This document shows positions 9,500 through 17,706 of a stretch of 64,000 nt of DNA, in pieces. The translations under genes were made by a program, and so were the position numbers. Location of the stretch: positions 46,064-110,063 of IMG/VR virus record IMGVR_UViG_3300021077_000115. The stretch is one strand, 5' to 3'. The notes beneath the pieces are model-generated. The model was not told the origin of the DNA, made no database searches, and saw only the letters and a list, made by a program, of their open reading frames with translations. The stretch's first letter is position 1; each line of letters opens with the position of its first letter. The stretch is from a virus.

Positions 9500-10186
9500 T
9501 TATGGAGTGCCCAACTTGGCACGCATCTCGGCGATACGCGCTGCTGCTCTGGACTTCTGCAGCAATGCTTCTGGACTATCCTGTACGTTTCCTACGGCCT
9601 GCTTCAGTTCCTGGCGAGCCACTTCCGATTGCTGTCTTGCCCTATCCAGAGCTCCTCCCAGGTGTATCGAGTCAACGCCAGTTGTCAGGTCATTGACAGC
9701 GCGCACAGCCTCTAAAGCTCTGTTGTCAGTTTTCGCCTGACTGACGGCGCTTCGCAATGCGCGCAGCTCTTTCATCATCTGGGCGTGGCGATCCTTCAAC
9801 TTACCCAGAGTCTCGTTCAACAGCGTGTAGTTTTCGTTCGCTGCCTGTTCGCTGGCCTTCAGTTCATCGCGCTCGCCTTCCAGTTCGATGACGTGGTTCA
9901 TCATCGTCTCAGCTTCATGATCGTTACTCGGATCTCCATCGCTGAGGTTGGCTTGAATGCCAGCATTGAAATCATCAATCTGCTGTTGGATTGCAGCAAT
10001 CTTTGTATGCAGACTCTGAGCTTCCACCTGGGCCCGAATGGTTTCGGTGGACTCTGACTGCATTGCCGATTCCAAATCACGGATGAGTTGTTCGTGGGCT
10101 TCCACGGAATTCGCATCAATGATTCGATCAAGCACGCCATGTGAGGCTGCCTTGACTATTAGCTTTGTTTTACCAAAAAGATTCAT
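9500..10186 (-). CDS. PspA/IM30 (phage-shock protein A / Vipp1) family coiled-coil protein
   Basis: The N-terminus MNLFGKTKLIVKAASHGVLDRIIDANSVEAHEQLIRDLESAM follows the PspA pattern (F..IV.A....LD...D......L.IQ..ED). The 228-aa length and heptad-rich coiled-coil body fit the family. Confidence 0.55.
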   Translation of the reverse strand: MNLFGKTKLIVKAASHGVLDRIIDANSVEAHEQLIRDLESAMQSESTETIRAQVEAQSLHTKIAAIQQQIDDFNAGIQANLSDGDPSNDHEAETMMNHVIELEGERDELKASEQAANENYTLLNETLGKLKDRHAQMMKELRALRSAVSQAKTDNRALEAVRAVNDLTTGVDSIHLGGALDRARQQSEVARQELKQAVGNVQDSPEALLQKSRAAARIAEMRAKLGTP

Positions 10187-10214
10187 GTGTTTCTCTTTTC
10201 TTTATTGCTCATTG

Positions 10215-12170
10215 TCAGTCGTCATCGCCACTGCCGAAGTCACTACCACTATTGTCAGCAGAGCCAGAGTCTCCATCCATGTCAAGATCGTCACTGCGAG
10301 TAACTGGGCCAGAGTCTCCGTCCATGTCATCGCTACGAGAATTTGAATGACGATCTAAATCGCGATCCAAATCTCTGCGCTCTCGATATAGGTCTTCGCG
10401 CTCTCGGTTCAACTCATCCCTTTCGATGATATTGCCGAGCGCATCGAGAGTATTTATTCCGTATGGATCGTAGAAAGGATCTCTGGTGCCGCCAACTACC
10501 ACTGTAGTTTGATTGACGGTCGTATGAGAATGCGAATGCCCGCCATTGCCACTCTGCCTATATGATGGGACAGGTGCTGGCCTGAGCTCTTGCTCGATGC
10601 GCGCACCAAGGTCTTGAATAGCATTCAGCGCATTGTTAATTTCATCACCAGCCGTCATGGCGGCATTGATTTGTTGATCGGCTAGGTCCCAATTCTGAGC
10701 AAATGATGTGCTCTTTGCCTTGGCAATCGCCTGACGCCGTACATCAATGTTCTGAACAATCAAAGCACGATACGTAGCACAGCGTGTCGTGGCGCTATCA
10801 CCATACTTGGTGCGAAGTGAGATGCCTGTGGCATCTGCCGTGGTGAGTTTTGGACTTTGGTTATCGAGATCTAACTTCTGAATTTCAGCATCCACTCGCT
10901 GCTTTCGCAAGCCGAGTTCCTGAACATCCATCGCCGCAGACTGGGCAAGCTTAGTTGCTTCGAGGCATGTATCAGCCACTGCTTGGAATTGCTTGGTAGC
11001 TAGCTCTGTATTGGCGCGTCCCATGAGGGTAATGGCTTGCTGCAGAACTGACTTCGGGCCATCAGTCTTCAAGATCTTCTCACTCATTACAGCTTTTGTT
11101 GCCGTCTCAATCTCTGTGGCAAGAGCTTCAATGGCTGGCAGCGCACCATCTTTTAGAGAGTTGATCTTTCGAATAGATGATTCAAGTGACTTAACTTCTG
11201 AATCGATAGCTTGAATCGATTTCAAGCTTCGATCAAAGTCAGATGTCATCGAGTCATACTCTTCGGCAGTTCGCCCAACAGAATCAGGATCGTTACTTGA
11301 GCCTTGCAAGTTTACGAACTGAGTTTTGGCAGTGTTGATTCTCGTCTGAATGCCGCCAAGTTTCGTTTGTATAACCTGAAATTCAGAAGCATTGATGACC
11401 GACTTGAAAGAGCTTAGCAGCGCTCCAAGTTGTGCCATGCTGGCATCGAACCCGATGAGTAGGTTGTTGCACTCAGCGCGCCGTCCCTGGGCAGTCTGTT
11501 GAGCGGCTCGACACTTTGCCTTAGCTGATTGGCTCTTCACGTACAACCAGATGCCAGCGCCAACTACGCCAAGGAACAGAAGAGCCCATAAGAAGGTTAG
11601 GTTCATCGGCTTCGATGGGGCCTGGTTGATGATTGTTGTCGGGCCATTTGAAAGTATGCGTGTCTCTGACGCTCGCATCTTGCCAACGGATAGGCTGCCG
11701 TGAATCGCCTTGATACCGTTCTGGATCGAGGTCGTTACATCACTCTGTAGTGTGCTTGCCATCTCACTGCGCACGCCGGCAGTTTGCCCACGCAAAGCGG
11801 TAAGTGGTCCGCTTTTGCTAAAGTAGATTCCGACAGGGCTATCGACAGAGTCTTGAGTGACCGCCAAGATCAAGAGGTTGCTCTTCATGTTGCCGCCGGG
11901 CGATTGCCAAGCTGAGCAGCGCTTCACCATACCCTGGGCGTACTTATCTAGGTTGCCACCGGCTGCGTTGATTTGCGCAGCAGTAATGATGCGTACCCTC
12001 GGGTCAGCTCCATCATTAATCAATGAGCTAAGTGCTGACTTGATGGTGTCGGTATTGGCTTTGCCTGTCGAATCAACGACCTGGCCATTACACTCAGAGT
12101 CTGCATATGCCGGTGTCGCGAATACAATGAGTGTTAGAAACAGAACAATTGATCTGAATACTCTGAACAT
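10215..12170 (-). CDS. signal-peptide TPM-domain (TLP18.3/Psb32/MOLO-1-like) membrane protein with long coiled-coil and acidic tail
   Basis: The start is taken at MFRVFRSIVLFLTLIVFATPAYA (signal peptide), 7 nt after a GGAAGG RBS. A TPM-like block follows (VDSTG...LSS....L......G..VRIITAAQINAAGG..DKYAQGMVKRC..W....GNMKSNLLILAVTQDSVDSPVGIYFSK). One TM helix (LTFLWALLFLGVVGAGIWLYV) is followed by about 350 aa of coiled coil and a DG/DS-rich acidic C-terminus. Confidence 0.55.
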   Translation of the reverse strand: MFRVFRSIVLFLTLIVFATPAYADSECNGQVVDSTGKANTDTIKSALSSLINDGADPRVRIITAAQINAAGGNLDKYAQGMVKRCSAWQSPGGNMKSNLLILAVTQDSVDSPVGIYFSKSGPLTALRGQTAGVRSEMASTLQSDVTTSIQNGIKAIHGSLSVGKMRASETRILSNGPTTIINQAPSKPMNLTFLWALLFLGVVGAGIWLYVKSQSAKAKCRAAQQTAQGRRAECNNLLIGFDASMAQLGALLSSFKSVINASEFQVIQTKLGGIQTRINTAKTQFVNLQGSSNDPDSVGRTAEEYDSMTSDFDRSLKSIQAIDSEVKSLESSIRKINSLKDGALPAIEALATEIETATKAVMSEKILKTDGPKSVLQQAITLMGRANTELATKQFQAVADTCLEATKLAQSAAMDVQELGLRKQRVDAEIQKLDLDNQSPKLTTADATGISLRTKYGDSATTRCATYRALIVQNIDVRRQAIAKAKSTSFAQNWDLADQQINAAMTAGDEINNALNAIQDLGARIEQELRPAPVPSYRQSGNGGHSHSHTTVNQTTVVVGGTRDPFYDPYGINTLDALGNIIERDELNREREDLYRERRDLDRDLDRHSNSRSDDMDGDSGPVTRSDDLDMDGDSGSADNSGSDFGSGDDD

Positions 12171-12198
12171 TAGATTGCCTTCCCGTGATTGTGTTTTC

Positions 12199-12651
12199 TT
12201 ATGGAGCTGAAGTTTCTTGCCAACCAGAATCAATGAACGCTTGTCTGAATTCAGTAACTGGTTCGATAGTATATTCGCCACCGCCGCCTACTTCGTACTT
12301 CTTGGAAGCAATCAGCGAGACGCAATAGTTGAGGGCTTCTTGAAAATGGTCTGCAGATCTTAATGTAATCGGGAGGCCACCCTTCCAATCCATAATCTCC
12401 AGACGATACTGCTCATTCTTTCCTGAGCAGCCTTCGCGTATGGCCCAGAATGCATGGTAAATACAAAGCTCAGGAATGTATGTTGTTGAGAATCTCAAAT
12501 AAAGAAAGATGCTATTAGATCTTCCTGCCAATTTTTTAGTCTCAACCTTACACAAACAAACATCGCTTGAGGCACAAATTCTGACATCAGTCTTTGTGTC
12601 AAGTCTCATGCCTTCTGTTTCTGCTCCGCTAATTATATTTGATAGGAACAT
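12199..12651 (-). CDS. hypothetical protein
   Basis: A 150-aa minus-strand ORF. Confidence 0.45.
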   Translation of the reverse strand: MFLSNIISGAETEGMRLDTKTDVRICASSDVCLCKVETKKLAGRSNSIFLYLRFSTTYIPELCIYHAFWAIREGCSGKNEQYRLEIMDWKGGLPITLRSADHFQEALNYCVSLIASKKYEVGGGGEYTIEPVTEFRQAFIDSGWQETSAP

Positions 12652-12657
12652 ACATCC

Positions 12658-13086
12658 TCAATTAGGTTGAGTTGATTTGCCAATTGACTCGTAGTCAACC
12701 ACCGGGCCAAATATTTGAACGAATGACCGGAGCACATCTGAGTCAGACCGGTCGTATATTGGGAATGCCACCCTATCAAAGAACGGTAGCTTCTTCAAGT
12801 TCTCTTTGAACAATTCCGCAACCAGCAATGGATCATTGCCAAATACGCCACAACCCCAAGCCCCTAGGATGATCGTTCGATGTCCATGAAGTGCCATTAT
12901 CGATAGAATTTGATTCATTCTCTTAAATAGCGTCTCTTCAATTCTAATCTCCATTACCTCTTCTTGATCATCATCCATCTTGTTATCTTCATCATTGAAG
13001 ATTGCATGACGATTAGGAGCCGGAGATGTCAAAACTGATGTCAAGTATGATTGTTCTAGCCAATCACCAGCGTCATTCCTAAACAC
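12658..13086 (-). CDS. macro-like domain protein fragment (DUF2263/TIGR02452, bacterial-type PARG-like C-terminal region)
   Basis: The motif ILGAWGCGVFGNDPLLVAELF matches, from memory, the conserved GAWGCGAFGNDP block of the TIGR02452 macro-like family. Three short same-strand ORFs continue upstream in other frames. Confidence 0.4.
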   Translation of the reverse strand: MFRNDAGDWLEQSYLTSVLTSPAPNRHAIFNDEDNKMDDDQEEVMEIRIEETLFKRMNQILSIMALHGHRTIILGAWGCGVFGNDPLLVAELFKENLKKLPFFDRVAFPIYDRSDSDVLRSFVQIFGPVVDYESIGKSTQPN

Positions 13087-13779
13087 TGGAACATCAGGAG
13101 AGTAAATTGCATAGTCCTTGCATAGTCCAAATACAAGCCAATATTATCCCTTTGAGACTTCTTGTTCTCTTCATAGAACTCGGGATGCTTAATTAGCGTT
13201 GGGTACTTCCATCTGGAAAGATTGCTTGCTTCCATCCACCCTTGCACAAGCCACATCTTAAATGTTCACTACTAAATACAGATACCCACTCTTCGTAAGT
13301 ATACACCTTGCGTCGTCGTGGGTTTATTGCCACGGCATTAATAAATATTAGTGTGCGTCCTGATATCTGATTGCAAATATCCAAAACTCTAACAGCCAAT
13401 TCAGATGCTCGCTCTGGTTCATTCTTAGTATCTATATATATATATATATAATCTCTGGCCTGAATGTTCCTATTGAATATGCTTTCGTCATATTACTGAC
13501 GATGTCACCCTCATACAGATGAGATTGTGGATATTCTTTTTGAAAGACATCCTTTGATACTTTATACGCATCATTGTCTATTTCAGATCCATAATATTGA
13601 TTTGGTGTAATTAGTCCAGAATCAACCATCTGAACAATTTCAGAATTAGAATTTAATGATAAGTATTTTCCGGCCAGCGTCCAATACTGCCGAGATCTTT
13701 CAATTGAAATTCTACCAGTTAGATCTCGATATGGTAAAATTATACTTTCTTCTCTGGCGCTGGATTTTGACCAAGTCAT
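13056..13779 (-). pseudogene. possible frameshifted upstream part of the PARG-like macro gene (three consecutive ORFs of 66, 68 and 115 aa in different frames)
   Basis: ORFs 13056..13256, 13193..13399 and 13432..13779 tile the region in three frames. The middle one carries LIFINAVAINPRRRKVYTYEE, which resembles the LNFASA.NPGGG...QEE PARG signature block with GGG replaced by RRR. A (TA)9 microsatellite at 13433-13450 lies at a frame junction. Confidence 0.3.
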
Positions 13780-14093
13780 TCGGTCCTCACATCGCTCCTA
13801 AATATGGTTGCGCAATCCTTGCAGCAATGCGTCAGATGATGTGGAGTAATAGGTGCCGAAACATCCCAACCACCAAGCTCGCCACTCCCTGGCCCATTTG
13901 GTTTGACCTTATGACAAAGCGATGGCGTTGTAATGCCGCCATTAGGATGCTTACCAGACTCATCTAGCTTTCGGATATGCCATAGGTTTAGGGTGGCGGT
14001 GCTTGATTCACAGAACGAATACGCCTCTGATCCTAGAACGCTTGTGTGGCGATCTTTTTCAGTGAATAACACATTATTAAATGTTTGATACAT
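13776..14093 (-). CDS. hypothetical protein
   Basis: A 105-aa ORF that overlaps the radical SAM gene start by 17 nt. Confidence 0.4.
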   Translation of the reverse strand: MYQTFNNVLFTEKDRHTSVLGSEAYSFCESSTATLNLWHIRKLDESGKHPNGGITTPSLCHKVKPNGPGSGELGGWDVSAPITPHHLTHCCKDCATIFRSDVRTE

Positions 14094-15042
14094 TGCTAAT
14101 ACTCTCTACTTTATCATTAAATCTACACTTGAAGTCCATGCAATATGTACGGCATAGCTCATCATTATGAGAGTTGTGATCAGCAAACCACGCTTCGCGT
14201 AGCTCAACGTTATCTGGTCCAAACTTACCTATTGATGGCCCTCCCTCACGAATGTACACAGCACAAGGATAAAAATCATCTCCAAAGATTGTAATGTCAT
14301 CCCTAACCAAATGACATCTGGACGTTTGGGATAAGCCAGAGCCCCTCATGTTCCTGCCAGCATTGAAGTTATCAACCCTAAACTTTAGGATTGGATGTTT
14401 TGCAAGCAAGATACTATCCAGTTCAAAAGCGAGAATCTTGTTGTACTTTGTAGCTGTCATGATCCTGATATCGTGAGTCCCCAAACCGGATATGAATTCA
14501 ATAATCTCTCTATACTTACCCGCATTGTCATCATTGAATACAACTCCAACGTTCGTGTATACCATCTTAGATAATTCTCGAATGTTAGAGGTCACCACAT
14601 CAAAGACATTTGCCGGCACCATGGTAAACTTTGGATTAAGATTTCGCTGGTGAACATCAAGTGAAATTGAAAACAACTCAACTCCAGCTTCAATCAAATC
14701 CTTATAGTAAATTATCCTTCTAGATCCGTTGGTGGAGATACCAACCCTGATACCGAAATTCCTAATCAGCCGCACGATGTCAATGAGGTCTTTGCGGGTG
14801 GTTGGTTCTCCGCCGGTAAGGTGAATATACTTACAACCCATACCGGCTAGAATTTTGGTATAAGATCGGATTTGTTCCAGAGTTAAGTCTGCGGTGTGTC
14901 TCGGTTCCAGGCGATTGCAGTATGGACAGTTGAAGTTGCAATTGGATGTGATGATCCATTCGCAATAGGAGATCTTCCCATGGGTGATTCTTTCGGCACG
15001 CTCCTCAACTACTTCTAAGAATCCTATATCTTCTAGCTTCAT
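14077..15042 (-). CDS. radical SAM enzyme (MoaA/PqqE/SPASM-twitch-like maturase)
   Basis: It has the CNFNCPYC (CxxxCxxC) cluster, a GGEP motif (HLTGGEPT), an ISTNG block, and a C-terminal Cys-rich region (CHLVRD...YPCAVY...CRTYCMDFKC). Confidence 0.8.
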   Translation of the reverse strand: MKLEDIGFLEVVEERAERITHGKISYCEWIITSNCNFNCPYCNRLEPRHTADLTLEQIRSYTKILAGMGCKYIHLTGGEPTTRKDLIDIVRLIRNFGIRVGISTNGSRRIIYYKDLIEAGVELFSISLDVHQRNLNPKFTMVPANVFDVVTSNIRELSKMVYTNVGVVFNDDNAGKYREIIEFISGLGTHDIRIMTATKYNKILAFELDSILLAKHPILKFRVDNFNAGRNMRGSGLSQTSRCHLVRDDITIFGDDFYPCAVYIREGGPSIGKFGPDNVELREAWFADHNSHNDELCRTYCMDFKCRFNDKVESISNVSNI

Positions 15043-15335
15043 AAACTTATAACCTCAACAATCCATGTTAATTTGATTTGGACTTCGTTTACTCCACATT
15101 TGGCACACGGCATTCCTGTTCCATCATCAGGCTCAACGAATACCTCGGTCGTAGCAGGATTGAAGTCTGGTGTTGGGGATCGTATGTGGCGTACCACGCC
15201 AGTGATTGATATGGCAATTGCTGTTGTCTTGATTTGCATTCCAGTCAGAGCTGCCTTGTCGAACGGTTCTGCCTTGAACCATTCCGCCCGAATGCGTGAA
15301 CCTTTTTGGATTATGCCTTCCATGCGCGTCTCCAT
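15039..15335 (-). CDS. hypothetical small protein; paralog of the 55820..56197 product; translationally coupled to the radical SAM gene
   Basis: Shared blocks QKGSRIRAEWF, DDGTG..C.KCGV.EVQIK and a C-terminal ...EVISL occur in both paralogs. A CAKCG motif is present. The stop overlaps the radical SAM start. Confidence 0.5.
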   Translation of the reverse strand: METRMEGIIQKGSRIRAEWFKAEPFDKAALTGMQIKTTAIAISITGVVRHIRSPTPDFNPATTEVFVEPDDGTGMPCAKCGVNEVQIKLTWIVEVISL

Positions 15336-15345
15336 TGCCCGCCCG

Positions 15346-15390
15346 GCCTCCCCTGCCCCGCTCCGAGGCGCGACAGGGGTTTAGCAGGCC
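15346..15390 (-). promoter_or_regulatory. conserved ~40-bp upstream motif (copy 1), 10-25 nt upstream of the 15039..15335 start
   Basis: The plus-strand text is cccctgccccgctccgaggcgcgacaggggtttagcag. It contains a CCCCTG...CAGGGG dyad. It is near-identical to 56222..56265, which lies upstream of the paralog. Confidence 0.4.
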
Positions 15391-16397
15391 TATATCTTTT
15401 GTAGATTCTCGATGCTGTCGCGCCTAACCAATTCGAGTTTCTTGATCTTTGGCTTATCGATCTTCACTTTTGGATTGGACTGGGACACGCATACCACCGA
15501 CATCAATTCATCACGATTATATTTCTTACCATCCAGATCGAAAGAGGATATTCCACTAGCGATTACATTCCAACCTTTGAATGTTCCAGTGAAATTACAG
15601 CCGCTTGGACGATAACATCTAGCTGGAATTGTTATACTAACTCTCAACTCGTTCATCGCGGTGCCCTTGGCTACATAATAGCCGTCACCGCCTTCGTATT
15701 TCTCTCCATTATCACAGATTGTTGGAGAGGATCCATACTTGGCCTCGAAAAGTTTCTTTGCCTCATTGGCATCCTTGGCCACAATTGCCTCGTAAACAAT
15801 CTTTGACTTGATAATTACGGCACAAGGAAACCTTCGGTCACGTGGACCGCGCTTAGCAGATGTAGAATACTGATTGTCAGTAGAGTCATGAGATTCAGCC
15901 AAAGCTTCCGCCCCAGCCTCTTCTGGTTCTGATTCTGCTTCGGTCGCGACTTCCTGGTCGTGTGATGCAATCGTGAAAACACGTACCCCTTTGGTCTGTG
16001 CCAATTCGGCAGCGTATTCCTTTGCTTCATCCTTGCTTTTGCGCGGCTCCACAACGAGATTCAACTTGATTGCCAAATCACTGCAGAGTTTTGCGACAGA
16101 CTTAGCCGTTTCCGGATTGTCAAAGAGTCTGGCCAAACATGTATTAGATCCATTGATGCCGTAGAAATGAGCCCGATATGGTCCAGTTCCAGATCGATAT
16201 GATCCAGTCTTTCCCGTACCGCGAGTGCCATCTATATACAGTACTGAATGGCCATTGACGATGATGTCACCGCAACTAACCATATCCAATAGGCCCATCT
16301 CATGTACAAGTTCATTTAGTAAACTTTGCAACCCTGTATTCTTCTTAGACATATCACCATTATCCTTTGTCATGCTTAACCAATTTGATATACTCAT
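15390..16397 (-). CDS. hypothetical protein; C-terminal domain paralogous to the 2973..3470 product, with an acidic linker
   Basis: The 335-aa ORF has an N-terminal region with GTRGTGKTG, an acidic low-complexity linker (EAESEPEEAGAEALAESHD), and a C-terminal domain shared with the 165-aa protein at 2973..3470. Confidence 0.5.
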   Translation of the reverse strand: MSISNWLSMTKDNGDMSKKNTGLQSLLNELVHEMGLLDMVSCGDIIVNGHSVLYIDGTRGTGKTGSYRSGTGPYRAHFYGINGSNTCLARLFDNPETAKSVAKLCSDLAIKLNLVVEPRKSKDEAKEYAAELAQTKGVRVFTIASHDQEVATEAESEPEEAGAEALAESHDSTDNQYSTSAKRGPRDRRFPCAVIIKSKIVYEAIVAKDANEAKKLFEAKYGSSPTICDNGEKYEGGDGYYVAKGTAMNELRVSITIPARCYRPSGCNFTGTFKGWNVIASGISSFDLDGKKYNRDELMSVVCVSQSNPKVKIDKPKIKKLELVRRDSIENLQKI

Positions 16398-16504
16398 AAA
16401 TCCTCAATCCATAACCGCATCAATGATAGAGCTGCAAGCCCATGCAAACAGATACAAGGCTACACAGATTACAACAAGAGTATTGAAGAATAACCTTGCC
16501 ATAA

Positions 16505-16813
16505 TTATTTCTCGTTGGCCATTCTTTCATCTGCGTCATACAACTTATCCAAGAAGACATTGCCTGGCTCGCCGCAGATGGAGCAAGCTTCCATTACATT
16601 TGGGTAGCAAATATCACACAGATGCCTTCCGCACACTGAGCATCCCATATCACCAGGATGAGTCCCGCAAATCTCGCAGAACTCTTCCTCCAAGGCCAGC
16701 CGCGCTAGTTCTCCAAGATCATTTGAAGATGCAACATCTGAAATGCCAGCAATTGATTCAAGTACCGTCTTGAAAAATTGCATCTTCTTCTCAGTGAGTT
16801 CGACTGGTGTCAT
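16505..16813 (-). CDS. hypothetical Cys-rich zinc-ribbon protein (family A, full length)
   Basis: Four C-x-x-C pairs (CEICGTH, CSVCGRHLC, CDICYP, CSICGEPGN) sit in one 102-aa ORF. Paralogs are at 17706..18047 and a fragment at about 56362..56480. Confidence 0.5.
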   Translation of the reverse strand: MTPVELTEKKMQFFKTVLESIAGISDVASSNDLGELARLALEEEFCEICGTHPGDMGCSVCGRHLCDICYPNVMEACSICGEPGNVFLDKLYDADERMANEK

Positions 16814-17013
16814 AATACCACCTCGATCATCTCAAGCCCAACATGGCGATAGCTGCCTGGAACTTCAACCACCAAGCTTGGCAGGGTAACTAGGTGTGTA
16901 TTGCCAGAACGGCAACTGATGCAATCGCATTCCAAAATCTCGAAGATGCCCTCATTGAGCAACAACGGATCCTTGTAACGAACTTTTGTTCTTGGTGCCA
17001 TAATTAAATTCAC
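16810..17013 (-). CDS. hypothetical protein
   Basis: A 67-aa ORF with a 4-nt overlap downstream. Confidence 0.35.
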   Translation of the reverse strand: MNLIMAPRTKVRYKDPLLLNEGIFEILECDCISCRSGNTHLVTLPSLVVEVPGSYRHVGLEMIEVVL

Positions 17014-17152
17014 CTCTCTTTACCAGAGTAGCAATGCAAAGGGCAGCCACAATAAGGCACAGGAAAACACAAGCTATTAGCATTCTACCAGCCTTACGAT
17101 CAGATTCTTCATCCGCTCTCCAATTCAGACCTTTGTGATATCGCTCTACCAT
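16952..17152 (-). CDS. small hydrophobic (single-TM) protein
   Basis: It has a predicted TM segment, MLIACVFLCLIVAALCIATLV. It overlaps its neighbour, so the call is uncertain. Confidence 0.3.
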   Translation of the reverse strand: MVERYHKGLNWRADEESDRKAGRMLIACVFLCLIVAALCIATLVKRGEFNYGTKNKSSLQGSVVAQ

Positions 17153-17159
17153 ATTTCAC

Positions 17160-17666
17160 CTATGGATTATCCTTGTGATCAAAGTCTGTACAGCGATGAT
17201 AGGTTTGTCGTGCCCATGCTCCCTCTGTGTTCCACATATAATCACACAGAGCATAGAAGGTTGGCTCATCTATATTGCCAACCGTCAAGAAGTAGGTAGA
17301 GTGTTCCGGATCTCCTGGCCATCCCGCCTTTTGTATTGACGCCTTATTGGCTAGGTCTTTGCAGAAATCCTCACTGCAATCAATAAGGTACCCCTTGAGC
17401 TTTGCTAGGTCTTGCTGGGCACCTTCCATCGTTTCGAACTGACCAACATCAGCCGTCACGTTTTGGTATGGCAGATTGAAGATCTTGCACTTGGTTGGAA
17501 TCCAGGCTGAACTCTTGATGCTTGGATTTTCATACTCTTGAGGTAGAGTCATTGGGTGCTTGGCTCGAAGCCTGTCCAAAGTTATAGGCTCATCACTCCA
17601 AGCGCTACTGGATAATATTGGCATAGGATGTGGCTCGGGTACGAATAGCATTATCACGCTAGCCAA
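17160..17666 (-). CDS. hypothetical protein (family B, long paralog)
   Basis: The 168-aa ORF shares the block DEPTFYALCDYMWN....W.R.TYH.C.DF with the 18102..18350 product. Candidate starts are a TTG at 17664-17666 and an ATG 15 nt downstream. Confidence 0.5.
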   Translation of the reverse strand: MASVIMLFVPEPHPMPILSSSAWSDEPITLDRLRAKHPMTLPQEYENPSIKSSAWIPTKCKIFNLPYQNVTADVGQFETMEGAQQDLAKLKGYLIDCSEDFCKDLANKASIQKAGWPGDPEHSTYFLTVGNIDEPTFYALCDYMWNTEGAWARQTYHRCTDFDHKDNP

Positions 17667-17670
17667 AAGT

Positions 17671-17706
17671 GTTTCAACTCACGCTCCTTCTCAGGAGCGA
17701 TGTAAC
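17671..17706 (-). repeat. solitary (orphan) CRISPR repeat, 36/36 identical to the array repeat and in the same orientation
   Basis: The text is gtttcaactcacgctccttctcaggagcgatgtaac. No second repeat or degenerate copy lies within ±100 nt. It sits between the stop of 17706..18047 and the start of 17160..17666. Confidence 0.9.
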
